Origin: Ruditapes philippinarum
Lineage: Eukaryota
DNA length: 64,000 bases
Direction of reading: 5' to 3'
NCBI RefSeq assembly: GCF_026571515.1
Contig: NW_026860903.1
Coordinates: forward strand, 248,001-312,000
Part shown: one piece after another, positions 26,910 through 40,414 of the stretch
Layout of the letters: every line of letters begins with the position of its first letter
How positions within the stretch are numbered: the stretch's first letter is position 1
Translations under genes and position numbers: made by a program
Notes under the pieces: model-generated
The model's input: the letters and a program-made list of their open reading frames with translations, nothing else
Databases searched by the model: none
What the model was told of the DNA's origin: nothing

Positions 26910-27929
26910 ACTCATTTTTTTAAATTGTTAAAGTCAAATAAACATTGGATTGAATATCAGTGTTGCAATTAGTCTTATAGCCAATTTACTACAATTAAAA
27001 CGCTGGAAAGCATTGGTGGCACTAAACATATAATCTCACAACCTGCACCTTTCTTACATTCTGAGACCCAAACAAATTCAGCGCCTTCTGTGCTTTGATT
27101 TTAAAAGTTAATATGTTCCATTGTATGTTGGTCTATACCAATAACTCTTGTTCAAAATTTCAGATCATCTTAATTTAGTACGGATTAACATTGCAATATA
27201 ATTATAATAATATTGTAATATAAATCCGTGGTCGAATGCAGCATTTATTGATGCTTTTTTCCCTTTTGAACCTAAGTGGAGACCCTTTAAACCAATGTCT
27301 GCTACATGTTTTTACTTTTTGTACAGAAACAGCATGGATCCACATATGCAGGCATTCCGCTCATTATTTTTCTAATAAGGGCCGGTAAAATCATCATAAA
27401 ATAATCTCCCGTTGATTAATATCAAGAACAAAAAAAATTATATACATTATATCGATAATATATATAAGGTATATAAGCATATAGCTCGCCGCAAGAATTG
27501 TTTTAATTTAAAAAGACATATTTTCATCTCTTTATCTACTGCAAGCATAGCAAAAGAGATATATCTTGCAGAAGTCTTTAAAAATCTATCTTTATTTACG
27601 ATAACTGAAATATCAAAATTGAACAATTTCCTCAAAATTGTTTTGGCATCCTAACAAATGATTGCAAACCTAACGAAATCACTTTTTCAGTACGTATTAT
27701 TCGCTACAAATATATTTTTAATGTATACATATGTTTTTTATGTCTTTTTTTGGTAGATCTAATAGTTCCTTCTACTTACGAACACGGTAGCATTTATTGC
27801 ATGCTGACACAGTTCTAATGTATCATCTTTTTACAATCACAGAAAGTGGGTAAGAAAGCCTTTCAAAAAGATGGGTTTTTTTTAGAGTTGTTTTCAAAAT
27901 AATAATGATAATAATAATTGTTTTAAAGT

Positions 27930-28100
27930 CATACATCCAATCCATGTAAGACCTGGCAGCCTAATTAATAGACCTGTATAATCATGAAGCCCATTGATAT
28001 TAATATTGAATGTTTTGAGAGTTCAGAAATATGCTGCAAGTTTAGTTGCTGAGCTATCAAAGTTGGATTATAAAGAGTGTCCGAAACATGTATAATTTGA
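27930..28100 (+). mobile_element. Degenerate CR1-like LINE 3-prime fragment
   Basis: One frame reads ERVQKYAASLVAELSKLDYKECPKHV, similar to the CR1 post-RT ERVQRRATKLVP.L..LSYEERL motif. Confidence 0.35.
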
Positions 28101-28137
28101 AATAAAGACGCTTAAAAAGGTGATTTCAATAGATATA

Positions 28138-29533
28138 AAACAAGAGGGCCATGATGGCCCTGGGGTCGCTCACCTGAACATAGGCCCCCAGGGCCGGGCC
28201 AGTTTAAACCAAAGGGCTTTTATTTGAACAAACTAGGAAGACACCCATTAAAAGATATTTCATGATGTTAAGTTTTTACTATACACAAATAATGAATAAC
28301 AATGACTTTTGCCCCCTCCCCCCTCTCCCTGGCAGGGCCAATTTTGACCCAAGGGCTTTTATTTGAACAAACTTGGTAAACATCCATTAGAACATGTTTC
28401 ATGCTAAATATCTTAGCTCTAGCTCTTTTGGTTCTTTAATAGAAGATTTTTAACTTTTTACTCTATGTATATAGGGAAAATCAATAACCCCAGGGACAGG
28501 GCCAATTTTGACCCCAGGGCTTTTATTTGAACAAATTTGGTAGACACCCATTAGAATATGTTTCATGCTAAATATCTTAGCTCTAGCTCTTTAAAAGAAT
28601 TTTTTTTAAGTTTTTACTATATGCATATAGGGAAAATCAATGACCCCCTGGGGCGGGGCCAATTTTGACCCCAGGCCTTTTATTTGAACAAACTTGGTAG
28701 ACACTGATAAGAAGATGTTTCATGCTTAATATCTTAGCTCTAGCTCTTTGGGTTCTTTAAGAGAAGATTTTTTTGAGTTTTTACTATATGCACATAGGGA
28801 AAATCAATGACCCCCTGGGGCTGGGCCAATTTTGACCCCAGGGCTTTTATTTGAACAATCTTGGTAGACATCCATTAGAACATGTTTTATGCCAAATATC
28901 TAAGCTCTAGTTCTTTGGGTTTTTTAGAAGAAGACTTTTTAAAGTTTTTACTATATGCATATAGGGAAAATCAATGACCCCCTGGGGCGGGGCCAATTTT
29001 GACCCCAGGGCTTTTATTTGAACAATCTTGGTAGACACTTATTAGAAGATGTTTCATGCTTAATATCTTAGGTCTAGCTCTTTGGGTTCTTTAAAAGAAG
29101 ATTTTTTAAAGTTTTTACTATATGCATATAGGGAAAATCAATGACCCCCTGGGGCGGGGCCAATTTTGACCCCAGGGATTTTATTTGAACAATCTTGGTA
29201 GACACTCACTAGAAGATGTTTCATGCCAAATATCTAAGCTCTAGCTCTTTGGGTTTTCTAGAAGAAGATGTTTAAAGTTTTTTCTTTTGGTTGCCATGGC
29301 AACCAGAGTTCTGCATGGAATGGAATTCTTTGAACAACTTTGTTAAGGCTTCACACAAGGAACATCCCTGTGAAGTTTCATTATGATCTGCCTTATGGTT
29401 TCAGAGGAGATGTCGTTTGAAAAGTGTGAACGGACAACGTACGACGGACGACGGACGACGGACGACGTACGACGGACGACGGACGAAGAGTGATCCTAAT
29501 AGCTCACCCTGAGCATAAGCTCAGGTGAGCTAA
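28138..29533 (-). mobile_element. HINE-like element with about 7 tandem units (mostly 167 bp), same family as 15790-17340
   Basis: Same end hairpin gggccatgatggccc, inverted repeat gctcacctg / caggtgagc, (gacgga/gac)n microsatellite at about 29430-29486. Confidence 0.85.
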
Positions 29534-29843
29534 TAAAAATGGAAAATGAAGAGAAAAATTACCTAAACTTAATGCATGTACTTCTTTTAAGATGTGAATA
29601 TATTTGTTATGTCCAGGTCAAACTGTATTCAATTGTCAAGCTTTACTAAACATTTACTTTCTTGTTGCTCTGCAAAACTGTGTCTTAGATCCACTTTGCT
29701 TTCTTTTTATTAAGGCGTTAGACTTATAGATTTATTTCATTTTTGCGTAACATGCATATAAAATGTCATACACAAGGCGTTAATGGACATTGGCACGAAA
29801 ACAACCGGTTTTGTTGTGGGGCTGACAATTGTTTGCTAGCCCA

Positions 29844-30153
29844 TAGCTCGACTTTTTTGAAGAAAAAAAATCGAGCTATTGTTCCAGTCATTGACCCTTA
29901 AAAGTAATTCTTTATTTACGATAACTGAAATATCAAAATTGAAAAATTTCCTCAAAATTGCTTTGACATCATAACAAATGATTGCTAACCTAACGAAATC
30001 ACTGTACGTATTATTCGCTACAAATGGCATTGGCCGTCAAGATCAAATGTGAAATTTAAATTATATTTCTACTTTACTAGAATATTCTACCTCAAATCTG
30101 TTAAGAAATAAGAAAAAGTCGAGCGTGATCCCCGCATGGCGATGGCTCTTGTT
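29844..30153 (+). mobile_element. Internally deleted HINE-like element containing a copy of nearby sequence 27589-27711
   Basis: 5-prime tagctcgacttttt...aaatcgagcta; 3-prime aaaaagtcgagc followed by ...ggctcttgtt. Interior 29909-30025 matches 27589-27711. Confidence 0.6.
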
Positions 30154-31324
30154 TCGGCCGGGATCTTAGAGTCTACTTTTTGGTTAACAAGGCAACCTGC
30201 CGGAAACCTAAGATTATTCATGTCAGCATACGCATTTGCAAAGAGTTTCAAAATGCCTACTTTTATTAAACTACAACACACCAACTCTCCACTGATCAGG
30301 CGAAGTACTAGTTGCTGCGGAGAGTTAGCTACCTTACCAAGAATTAAGCTGTACATTGAATAAGTAATGAGTGACAGTATTTGTCAGACTTTTCTCCACA
30401 TCAGTTGTATTAAATTGATAATGTGTTGTCGTCACTCTTCTTTATTTGAAATAAATGAACAAATGATGATCATGATCGGTCATTTTAATGATCGAATTTA
30501 TGCTAAGTTCCCAAAATTTTCCCCAAATTCCTTTTAATAGAACAGAAAAAACTGTCTATGATTATCAGACTGATAAAAGACAAGACAAGATAAGTAACGT
30601 ATTTATGTTACTTAATATGCAGAAGTATATGTAATAGACAGCCAGCATATCTATAGTATACTTTGTATGGTGGACACAGCGTCGTTGCCAATATGACTCC
30701 ACTGATGGTTTTTTTAAATGACCAGACTTTAAATAATTTCCCGAGATTAATGTTTTATTTGATTATTTGATGTAGGTAAAACCCAATGACTTATTTGCAA
30801 AATTTCAGATGATTCATTCACTCCGTTTTCCAGTAGTGAAAAAGACCCAAAATTGAAAAGCATTGCAACGCTTTTCACTCAAATCGGGCTTAGAATAGTG
30901 CAAACATACATTTTAGTACACTTTTTAATTACAAATCAACTCAAACTCAACTCTATTTTATTAATGTCTCATCTTTGTGCTTCTTTACATATATATGTAT
31001 ACATACATTAAAAAAATCTTTTAATTTTTTCACAACACAAAGCCTCTCCCACATAAGGAGTTTTAAGAGACTGTAATTCTATTAAAAATAATGACTATAG
31101 TATCTACATTTTAATAACAATTAAATCAATTTTAGACACAATCTAACATGAATTATATAACCAAAGAGTCAAATTTGTGCATAACCGTCTATTAATTATA
31201 ATACTATGACAAATGTACCATAATTGTCTGAGCTAACAAAGATACAATACAAAAATCCGACATCTTATGTAAAAAAAAAAGTACTAGAGCTAGACCAAAT
31301 ATGTTTGATTGCAAAAAGATGAAT

Positions 31325-32070
31325 GTACATTGGGATTGGTTGAGTATGTGATTGTACATTGTGATTGGTCCTGTGTGTACCTAATTTTACAATGACTGGT
31401 CGTGTATGTACATGATTGTACCATGTGACTGATTGTATGTGTTCATGATTGTTCACTGTGACTGGTCGTATGTGCACATGATTGTACAGTGCGACTGGTC
31501 GAATGTGTACATGATTGTACAGTGTGACTTGGCGTGTGTGTACATGATTGTACAGTGTGACTGGTCGCGTGTGTACATGATTGTACAGAGTGACTTGGCG
31601 TGTGTGTACATGATTGTACAGTGTGACTGGTCGCGTATGTACATGATTGTACAGTGTGATTGGTAGAGTGTGTATATGATTGTACAGTGTGACTGGTTGA
31701 TTGTGTACCTAATTGTACAATGACTGGTCGTGTATGTACATGATTGTTCCATGTGACTGATTGTATGTGTTCATGATTGTTCATTGTGACTGATCGTATG
31801 TGTACATGATTGTACAGTGCGACTGGTCGCGTATGTACATGATTGTACAGTGTGATCGGTCGAGTGTGTACATGATTGTACAGTGTGATTGGTAGAGTGT
31901 GTATATGATTGTACAGTGTGACTGGTTGATTGTGTACATGATTGTACAATGTGATTGGTCGAGTGTGTACATGATTGTACAGTGTGATTGGTCGAGTGTG
32001 TACATGATTGTTAACCAATTGTGTATCAATTTTTTTATAATGATTGACCAAATGTGTACATATAATTGTA
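31325..32070. repeat. 33 bp minisatellite, about 22 copies
   Basis: Unit catgattgtacagtgtgactggtcgcgtgtgta. It explains the 11-residue periodic ORFs on both strands. Confidence 0.95.
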
Positions 32071-33392
32071 CAAAGTAGGAGTCTAAGTATAGATTGGTTG
32101 TCTGTTTATAAACAATGTTGTATATAGTGATTACTCTGGACTGTAAGTGTCTGTACCAAATGTGTGTGCATGATAATCATCAGATTCTGTGTATGGTTAT
32201 CCCAAGTGAGTGATCAGGTAATTTGGGGAGGGGCGGCAAAATAGGAGTATCGAAGCATTGCACTAGACCCAGTCAGCAGAATATCACATGTAATATAATT
32301 ATCATAGAGGACACATAAAAGTGTCCATTTAGTAAGGATATAGGGTGATCACTTTCTCCCATAACACCCATGTGTATTAATACTTTATAATCCCTAAAAT
32401 CATTCCGCTAGTACCCTTAAAAGTTAGATATAAAATTCTTGATAATAAAATTCCTTTGTTACAATACATTGTAGGAGTCTGCACACCTGAGAATTTCAGC
32501 CTACTTACATTTAACATACATTTATACTAGAGGACAACAATCAATTGAGTTAAATGTAATTATCTCTCTGTTTTAAGTGCCGTAGTTGACCTTTGTTAAA
32601 TTCAAATTTTATGGGTTTTTTAGGCCTTTGGACCTCAATGGAGTTCCTTTTCATAACTATATAATTATAATTAAAAAATCTTAATAGGAAGCAAATATGT
32701 TTCAATGTACATGTATATGTATTTTATTTAAAACATAAACTATACATAAAGACATTTTAGATGAAATACCTGGTTCCCCGTCATGCAATAACTTTTCATC
32801 TAAATTTTGTAACAAATACGTTTAATATTACAGCTATTACGAATGGCAAAATATGAAAGGTTTGTCGTACGAATACAATTCCTTTTCCGTTAATATGTTA
32901 ATATGGGCACCTGTATCTATTATTACCATGGTAATTTGCGAATTTCTGGCTTGTTTTTTATAGTGGAGGACAAAAATCAATTGAGTTGCTAAGGAGATAG
33001 AAAAGGTAGTCATATTTACTGTTTCTGATAGTATAATTAAAATACCTGTAACTAAATAAGTACATATGCATGTGTATAAACATGTAGAACAAAATAATTG
33101 TCATTTCAGTATAAAATAATATATATAATCCTTATTGACAGAATTGTCAAAGCCTTTGTCTTTATTAAGTAACCTTTCTGTCTGCTTACAAAAGGTTGAC
33201 TTTAGTTTTATATTAACCATGCTTTTATAAACATTAAGATTTATTTAAACGCGGTGATGAAGGGTTCTGCCTTTCTACACAGTCAGTCCAGCCATTACGG
33301 TATAGAGTTCTACCATTTGTTAGGATACGTTACATGCTCTTTAAATTTGTCTGCAATAGGCAGACTTCATAACATCTGGTCCCTTTCTATCT

Positions 33393-34950
33393 TTATAAGT
33401 CCGTTTGAAAAAGGGTCGTATTATAGTTTCCCCCCTGGCGGCCGGGTGGACGTGCGGTCGGCGTCCAATATTTTGTCCGGAGCATATCTCCTATATGCAT
33501 AAAGGAATTTTAATGAAACTTCATAGAAATGTTCACCACTATAAGAAGCTGTGTTGCGCACATGAACCAGGTCTTTAGGTCAAAAGTCAAGGTCACACTT
33601 ACAGGTCATTGAAAAACGCTTGTCCGGAGCAAAACTTCTACATGCATAGAGGGATTTAAATATGACTTGTCACAAAAGTTTACCATTGTGAGGCGGAGTG
33701 TCGCTTGCAAAATTTAGGTCCCTGTGGTCAAGGTCACACAAAGGGATCAAAGTTCAGATAAAAATATGAAAATCTGTATTCAGGACCATTTAGTCATCAT
33801 TTATTAAGGGATTTAAACACAAATTGTCATTATCATAACTACTGGTGTGAAACTTGTGATTTAGGTTAAAGTGACATTATGCTCATATTTTCATCGTCAA
33901 GTTGAACTAAATTGACAACATATTTCGAAAGATTTACTGTTATTATGGTGATTGACCAACACTCGATATTGGAAAACGTTTTGGATAGAATATATATCCT
34001 GCCTTAAATATAAAAAGACTGCCCCACTCTTTTTATAAATTGACTGTTTCAGGTAAATTTGGGTAGATATTCAGATATTTTTAGGGGGCAACGTGTGTAA
34101 TTTATCGTTCATGCGAAGTATATTATAAAATTGAAAGGAATTCAAAAAAAATGTAAACTTGTTCTGACTTTTACCTGTTTACTCACTATATACCCTTATA
34201 TGGGCATAATACAAGGTCAAGGTCTCAAATTATTTGAGTCAAGGTCACTAAACATGAAAAATTATAGATATTTTTTAAGAGCATATCACCTACACGCATG
34301 GACGAATTTTAAGGAAACTTCATAGAAATGTTCATTATCATGACTACTGGTTTTTGAAACATGTGATTAAAGTTAATATATGCAAGGTCACTATTTAAAG
34401 CTGATAAAATATAAAGATTTTGTCCAGAGCAGATCTCCTACACATAGGGAGGGATTCAAATGAAACTTCATACAAATGTTCACCACTATGAGAAGCAGTG
34501 TTAAGCGCATGAATCAGGTCTCTAGGTCAAAGGTCAAGGTCACACTTAGAGGTAATTGAAAAACACTTGTCCGGAACAAAAGTTCTACATGCACAGAGGG
34601 ATTTCAATATAACTTGGCACACAAAAAACACCATTGCGAGGCGGAGTGATGCGTGCAAAATTTAGGTCCCTGCGGCCAAGGTCAAGATCACACATAGGGG
34701 TCAAAGTTCAGATAAAAAATGTATATTCGGACCATTTATTCATCATTAATTGAGGGATTGTTACACAAATGGTCATTATCATGGTGTGAAACATGTAATT
34801 TAGGTTAGGATATGCAAGGTCAATGTCACTTAAAGAAGATCGTCAATGTTACTAAAGATATATAGAGTTTGTCCAGAGCATATCTCCTACACATATGGGG
34901 GATTCTAATGAAACTTCATACAAATGTTTAACCACCATAAGAAGCAGTGT
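33393..34950 (+). mobile_element. Older HINE-like element with diverged internal repeats and an internal duplication
   Basis: Start tttataagtccgtttgaaaaagggtcgtatt, gtcggcgtcc-type microsatellite, recurring gtccggagcatatctccta...gaaacttcata...aaggtcaaggtcac. 33470-33870 is repeated at about 34420-34810. Confidence 0.65.
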
Positions 34951-35528
34951 ATCTGCTATTTATCTACTTGTAGAAATAGGATATTTATATATCGCATACA
35001 TCATCGTGGTTTTAAAGATTCCTCTCTCATTGAAAATCAAATCTTTTACCATGTGAAATTTGATACATGTATTGATTATTCAAAATTATTGACATCAGAA
35101 TAATAAAAAAAAACAACATTATAATTACATTCATGTTGTAACAGGTGTGTTGTTTAATTTAGTAGTAAATTGCTTATGCTAATTTCGTCGTACATCTCAC
35201 AAAGCTTTAATGAATTAAAACTGAGATTTTTTTGCGGCCATTTAGTGATGGTTGTATAAGATTATTATTTCAATAGACATAGGGGCCCGAACTTATTTTG
35301 GAAATTGCTGTATCTTTACAAGTATTTATAACTCGTGGTGTCAGAACCAGCAAAACTAAAATCAGTGTTACTAACTCATTTTCTAAGAAAGTGCCAAAAA
35401 TAAAGAAGTACGAGTCATGAATAGTCTACAATTATTTTTTTTTTAAAAGTACAAATACAAAACTTTATCAAATAAAACAAAATTTATAAATATCGGTATA
35501 AAAGATGCAAGAGATTCCTGATGTGTTC

Positions 35529-36847
35529 CTAGTCTCCCCTTAATATATCACCATTGGTAACACCATTTGCCTCGGTGGTTCCATTTGTTTCCGGTTTGGC
35601 CGTTGGTACCCGTTTCTTAACATATGCCGTATAATAGAAATTCGAGAATAATGAAACCATTGTTAATCCGTAAAGGATTCCATAAATACAATAGTTGTAA
35701 TACATATAACCTATACCTGCATGAAACAAGTCTAAAATAAACTGAATAATTTGAAACTGAGTCAAAAATTTCTTCCATCTAGGTGGATTATCGGGATACA
35801 TTGCGCTTAACCCGTAATAAAAGTACAACAGCACGTGCACCGCGGAATTTAGCGCCAAATAAGGCGCGAAAGCTGGATATGGGTAAAAGTTGTAGGCAAT
35901 GTCACTGAGAATTAACATACTTCCATGATGATATATATGTAAAAAAGAAATCTGGCGCTGTTTATGTCGTAAAACCATGAATACTGTGTCCAGGAGTTCG
36001 AATATTTTCATGAACCAATATATTTTAAATACAGGCACTAGCGGCTCGAACGAACGTGCTTCAAACGATGATTGCGCATGGTACAGTCCGTGACAAAATC
36101 CGTATATTGTGTAGAAGCTGATAGCACTAGCTGTGAAGTTGTACACCACTAAAATCTAAAAGGAAGAAGTAAATATAAGAGTTGGACATGATACTACATG
36201 TATTTTTTTAAATTTACGTAGGATTTCCGAGTATAAAATTACACAGAGGTATAATCGGCCAGTAACAAGCGTATAAATCTGCTCTGTCATAAAACTTCCT
36301 TGTTTGAGGATCTGACAAAAGTATAACACTGTGGTTGAAAAGTCGGTTTTAACTGATTGTTGATATGTAAATTATTTGTAATAGTTAATATTTGTGTGAC
36401 AGTAATTAGAATGTACATAGATGAATGCACGTGTATTATTCAATTTAGAATACATTGTCAAAATAAATGTTTAATTAAACAAAATGTTTTATAATGAATG
36501 TTATCAATACATTTGTAATGTTAAAATTGTACTGAAATATGATACTAGTATCTGACTTTAAATATTTAAAATCATTCGATCATGAAATCAATGATTGAAT
36601 ACAAATAGAATATAAACATTTTAAGCTCGTTGCTTCCTTTACAAATGAACTAAAAAAATCTGTATAAACTAAATACAATGTTTACGAAATTAATAAAGCT
36701 TACAGGTCTAAGTCCAAGCGGTTTGGTAAATTTCTTCCATTGCCCAGCCAGAAAAATCATCAACATATACCCACAGAAAACCGGGAATGAATCCAACCGA
36801 CACACCAGTAGTACTCCAGCAGCGATTTTCTCGGGAGTCAAACCCAT
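35529..36847 (-). CDS. ELOVL/GNS1-SUR4 family fatty-acid elongase, paralog A (about 256 aa; exons 36704-36847 and 35529-36155)
   Basis: KIFELLDTVFMVLRHK, histidine box HIYHH, NSAVHVLLYFYY, TQFQIIQF and LFSNFY motifs. Phase-0 GT-AG intron after LRP. Confidence 0.93.
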
Positions 36848-37294
36848 ACTTACAGTACCTATAGGTGAGAGAATTAGATCCGAGGTAAAATAAAATATAT
36901 CAAAAGTAATAAAGAGTCACCAGTTTAGAATTAAAAACTATACATTCCTTCAATACACACGCTGTATCCTTTGACAATGTTACGTTGGGATTGGTCGAGT
37001 TCTGCAGGTACGCTTATTTCCTCATACAGATTTTAATTCGTATGTTCATGTAAACAGATCTTATGCTACTTAAAAACGTCTTATTGCTACTTTTGTTAAT
37101 ATTCCTGCTCTTTCACTTCCTGAATTCGTAACGATCCTCTTAACAATAACGCTTTTATGGACAATTACAGTACATGTACATGAAATTGTATACACTAGCT
37201 ATAATTGAAAAATGTGTGCATGTGATATGCTTTACGACGGCTTTAATCGCCTTTTTTCACTTTTAACTTTTTGTAATACTTTAAGACTTGGTAT

Positions 37295-38390
37295 TTTGTG
37301 ATAGTGACAACATTTTAGCAATAGTGGCATTTTCAAAATTACAGTTTCATCATTTTAGCAATAGTGCCATTTTCAAAATTACAGACAGCTCAGCAATAGT
37401 GTCATTTCAAAATTACAGTGACAATATTTAAGCAATAGTGAAATTCCAAAATTACACTGACAGCTTTTTAGCAATAGTGACATTTTCAAAATTACAGTGA
37501 CAACATTTAAGCAATAGTGGCATTTTCAAAATTACAGTGACAACATTTTAGCAAAAGTGACATTTTAAAAATTACAGGGACAGCATTTTAGCAAAAGTGA
37601 CATTTTCAAAATTACAGTGACAGCTTTTTAGCAATAGTGGCATTTTCAAAATAACATTAACAGCTTTTTAGCAATAGTGACATTTCAAAATTACAGTGAC
37701 AATATATAAGCAATAGTGACATTTTCAAAATTACAGTGACAGCTTTTTAGCAATAGTAACATTTCAAAATTACAGTGACAACATTTTAGCAATAGTGACA
37801 TTTCAAAATTACAGTGACAGTTTTTTAGCAATAGTGACATTTCAAAATTACAGTGACAACATTTTAAAAATAATGACATTTCAAAATTACAGTGACAGCT
37901 TTTTAGCAATAGTGACATTTTCAAAATTACAGTGACAACATTTTAGCAATAGTGACATTTTCAAAATTACAGTGACAACATTTTAGCAATAGTGACATTT
38001 TCAAAATTACAGTGACAGCTTTTTAGCAATAGTAACATTTCAAAATTACAGTGACAACATTTTAGCAATAGTGACATTTCAAAATTACAGTGACAGCTTT
38101 TATAGTGACATTTCAAAATTACAGTGACAGCTTTTTAGCAATAGTGACATTTCAAAATTACAGTGACAACATTTAAGCAATAGTGACATTTCAAAATTAC
38201 AGTGACAGCTTTTTAGCAATAGTGACATTTTCAAAATTACAGTGACCACATTTTAGCAATAGTGACATTTTCAAAATTACAGTGACAACATTTTAGCAAT
38301 AATGACATTTTCAAAATAACAGTGACAACATTTTAGCAAAAGTGATGTTTTTTTTTTGTAATTACACTGACAACATTTTACAAATAACTG
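37295..38390. repeat. 39-40 bp minisatellite, about 27 copies
   Basis: Unit gcaatagtgacattttcaaaattacagtgacaacatttta, with alternating caacat/cagctt variants. Confidence 0.95.
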
Positions 38391-40414
38391 TTAGATATGT
38401 TTTTTAGCATAGCATTACCGATAGCATTTGTTTCCCAACGGATGTGAAATAAACACATGCATGTATAACGCATTACATCCTATGCCTGTGCTAACATCAG
38501 AAGTCACCTGATAGAGAACCACTTTTTGAATTAATGGCGAGGGGATGCAAACAACCGTGATATTTTGATTATTTTCTCAATAACACCGGTCAACACCATG
38601 GTAACAATAGTGATATTTTCACAACATTAGCACGGGCAACATTCTAATAATAATGGCATTTTCACAATATTAGCACAGGCAATATTATAAAAATTATGGC
38701 ATTTTCACAACACAAAATTTAGTTTAGAACAATAATAATATAAAACAATTACATTGAAGCGATACAGGATATAGACTACCATGCAAATACATCACTCCAA
38801 ATTAATATCTGTTCCAAAACCGAATACATGTAGTAGTAGTAAGTAGTCCTGTACATTGTCTTCTGCAAAAATACCTTTAACGCATAAGTTAGGATTATGT
38901 ACGCTGTGTACTTATTTAAAATAGTTACAGCGGAGTTAAGTCGGATTGAGGAGATCAATAAAGAAATTTCAAAGATGACTTTAATTTTCATTGTACAGTG
39001 GTCACAGTTTCACGATCTACACTATGGGAAATTTTCTTTGAAGACCATTCAGCCATTTGACTATTGATTTATATTATCGAAAATGTGACACTGTTTTATT
39101 TATAAACTTTGCATACCTATGAAGGCCTAAGGCTGTAATATTCAAATCGATTGAATAATGAACAACATCAATACATATTTATGATATTATTTTGTCATAT
39201 TGTTAGAGTATACTCGTACATTGTTGCTTGAAATAGAAAACCATTTTCACTTAAGATAACTTTTCAAAGTGTCAGGTAACTTCTCAAGCGAAAACACCGG
39301 ATTTATATAGAGATAAAATAACTTTGACTTATATGTATATGATACATTGCTTGGTGTCAAGTTATATGGGTCTGGTGGGATGCATTTTGTGCGTACAAAT
39401 AAATAGGCCAATTTTCCTGTAAAACTAGTAGACCTACAGAAGGCGCTGTATTATCTTCATTTGTTAAACTGCATGGTTCATTTTAACAAAAGAGATTTGG
39501 ATCATGATTTTCAATTAGAAGAATCAATTAAAAATGCTCGTGTAGCAAAATGTATTTAGAGAAGCAAACATATAAAAGAAATCCTTAAATACCTGAAATA
39601 ATGAACTCCAAATCCGTTCTAATCACTTTATATAATACTTTTAAGAGAATGTTATATTTATCACCAGTTTATTGGCCCTCATGCGGTTATTGAATGAACT
39701 GTAAATAATGTATTAACATCATTTATGGATCCACGTGTATTTATGAAAAATTCACAACTTCATGTATCGGAAAACTTGTCGGCTTGTAACAAAACTGCTG
39801 TACATGTATTCATTGAGCTATTATTAAACGAAATATGAACAGGAGTTTTATAATCACTGCATGTACGTATGTTAATTACCATGTTTGGTTAATCTAGCCG
39901 AGAGAGTGAGGCATTTACATGCACGACGGTATAGGATACATTCGGTTTTGTCAATAAATACCGGATACTGTTTACGATTTCTTACATTTACACAGTATTG
40001 TGTAAATTCAAATAGTACTGAAATTTGACCTGCTATACAGAAGCTGACACACTAATTAATAATTCAATCAATTCGCTACATGTAAACTTCAATATAACGA
40101 TAAGTTTGTTATTTCTAAAATGCATACAAACGATGATGTTATAAACCAAAATGACCACAACAAAAAATTTACCTGGCTTAAACTCCACATAAATTTTGTG
40201 TGTTTCAACTGTGAATACTAGTATAGTGTATACATGTTATTTTTAAGCATGGTCACGTCTGACCTGTCACCACAAATATGCTCGATGTTAGTGTGTTTAA
40301 CTATAAAATTGTTTAATTCTTTCGGTTGAAACTATAATAAGTCCGATGAAATCGTTCCATTTTCAATTATTTAATTAAAATGATTCAATTCATTTAATTA
40401 ACACTATTTTGCAT

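Noticed and set aside
25608-27290. Possible TTAA-flanked (Kolobok/piggyBac-like) element enclosing the tRNA-like units
   Set aside because: The ends share only ttaaagg/cctttaa, too short to support.
30087-30363. Overlapping 89 aa and 75 aa ORFs
   Set aside because: No recognisable domain or exon context; partly overlaps a HINE end.
31433-32051. ORFs up to 202 aa with 11-residue repeats
   Set aside because: By-products of a 33 bp minisatellite; open in several frames on both strands with no gene context.
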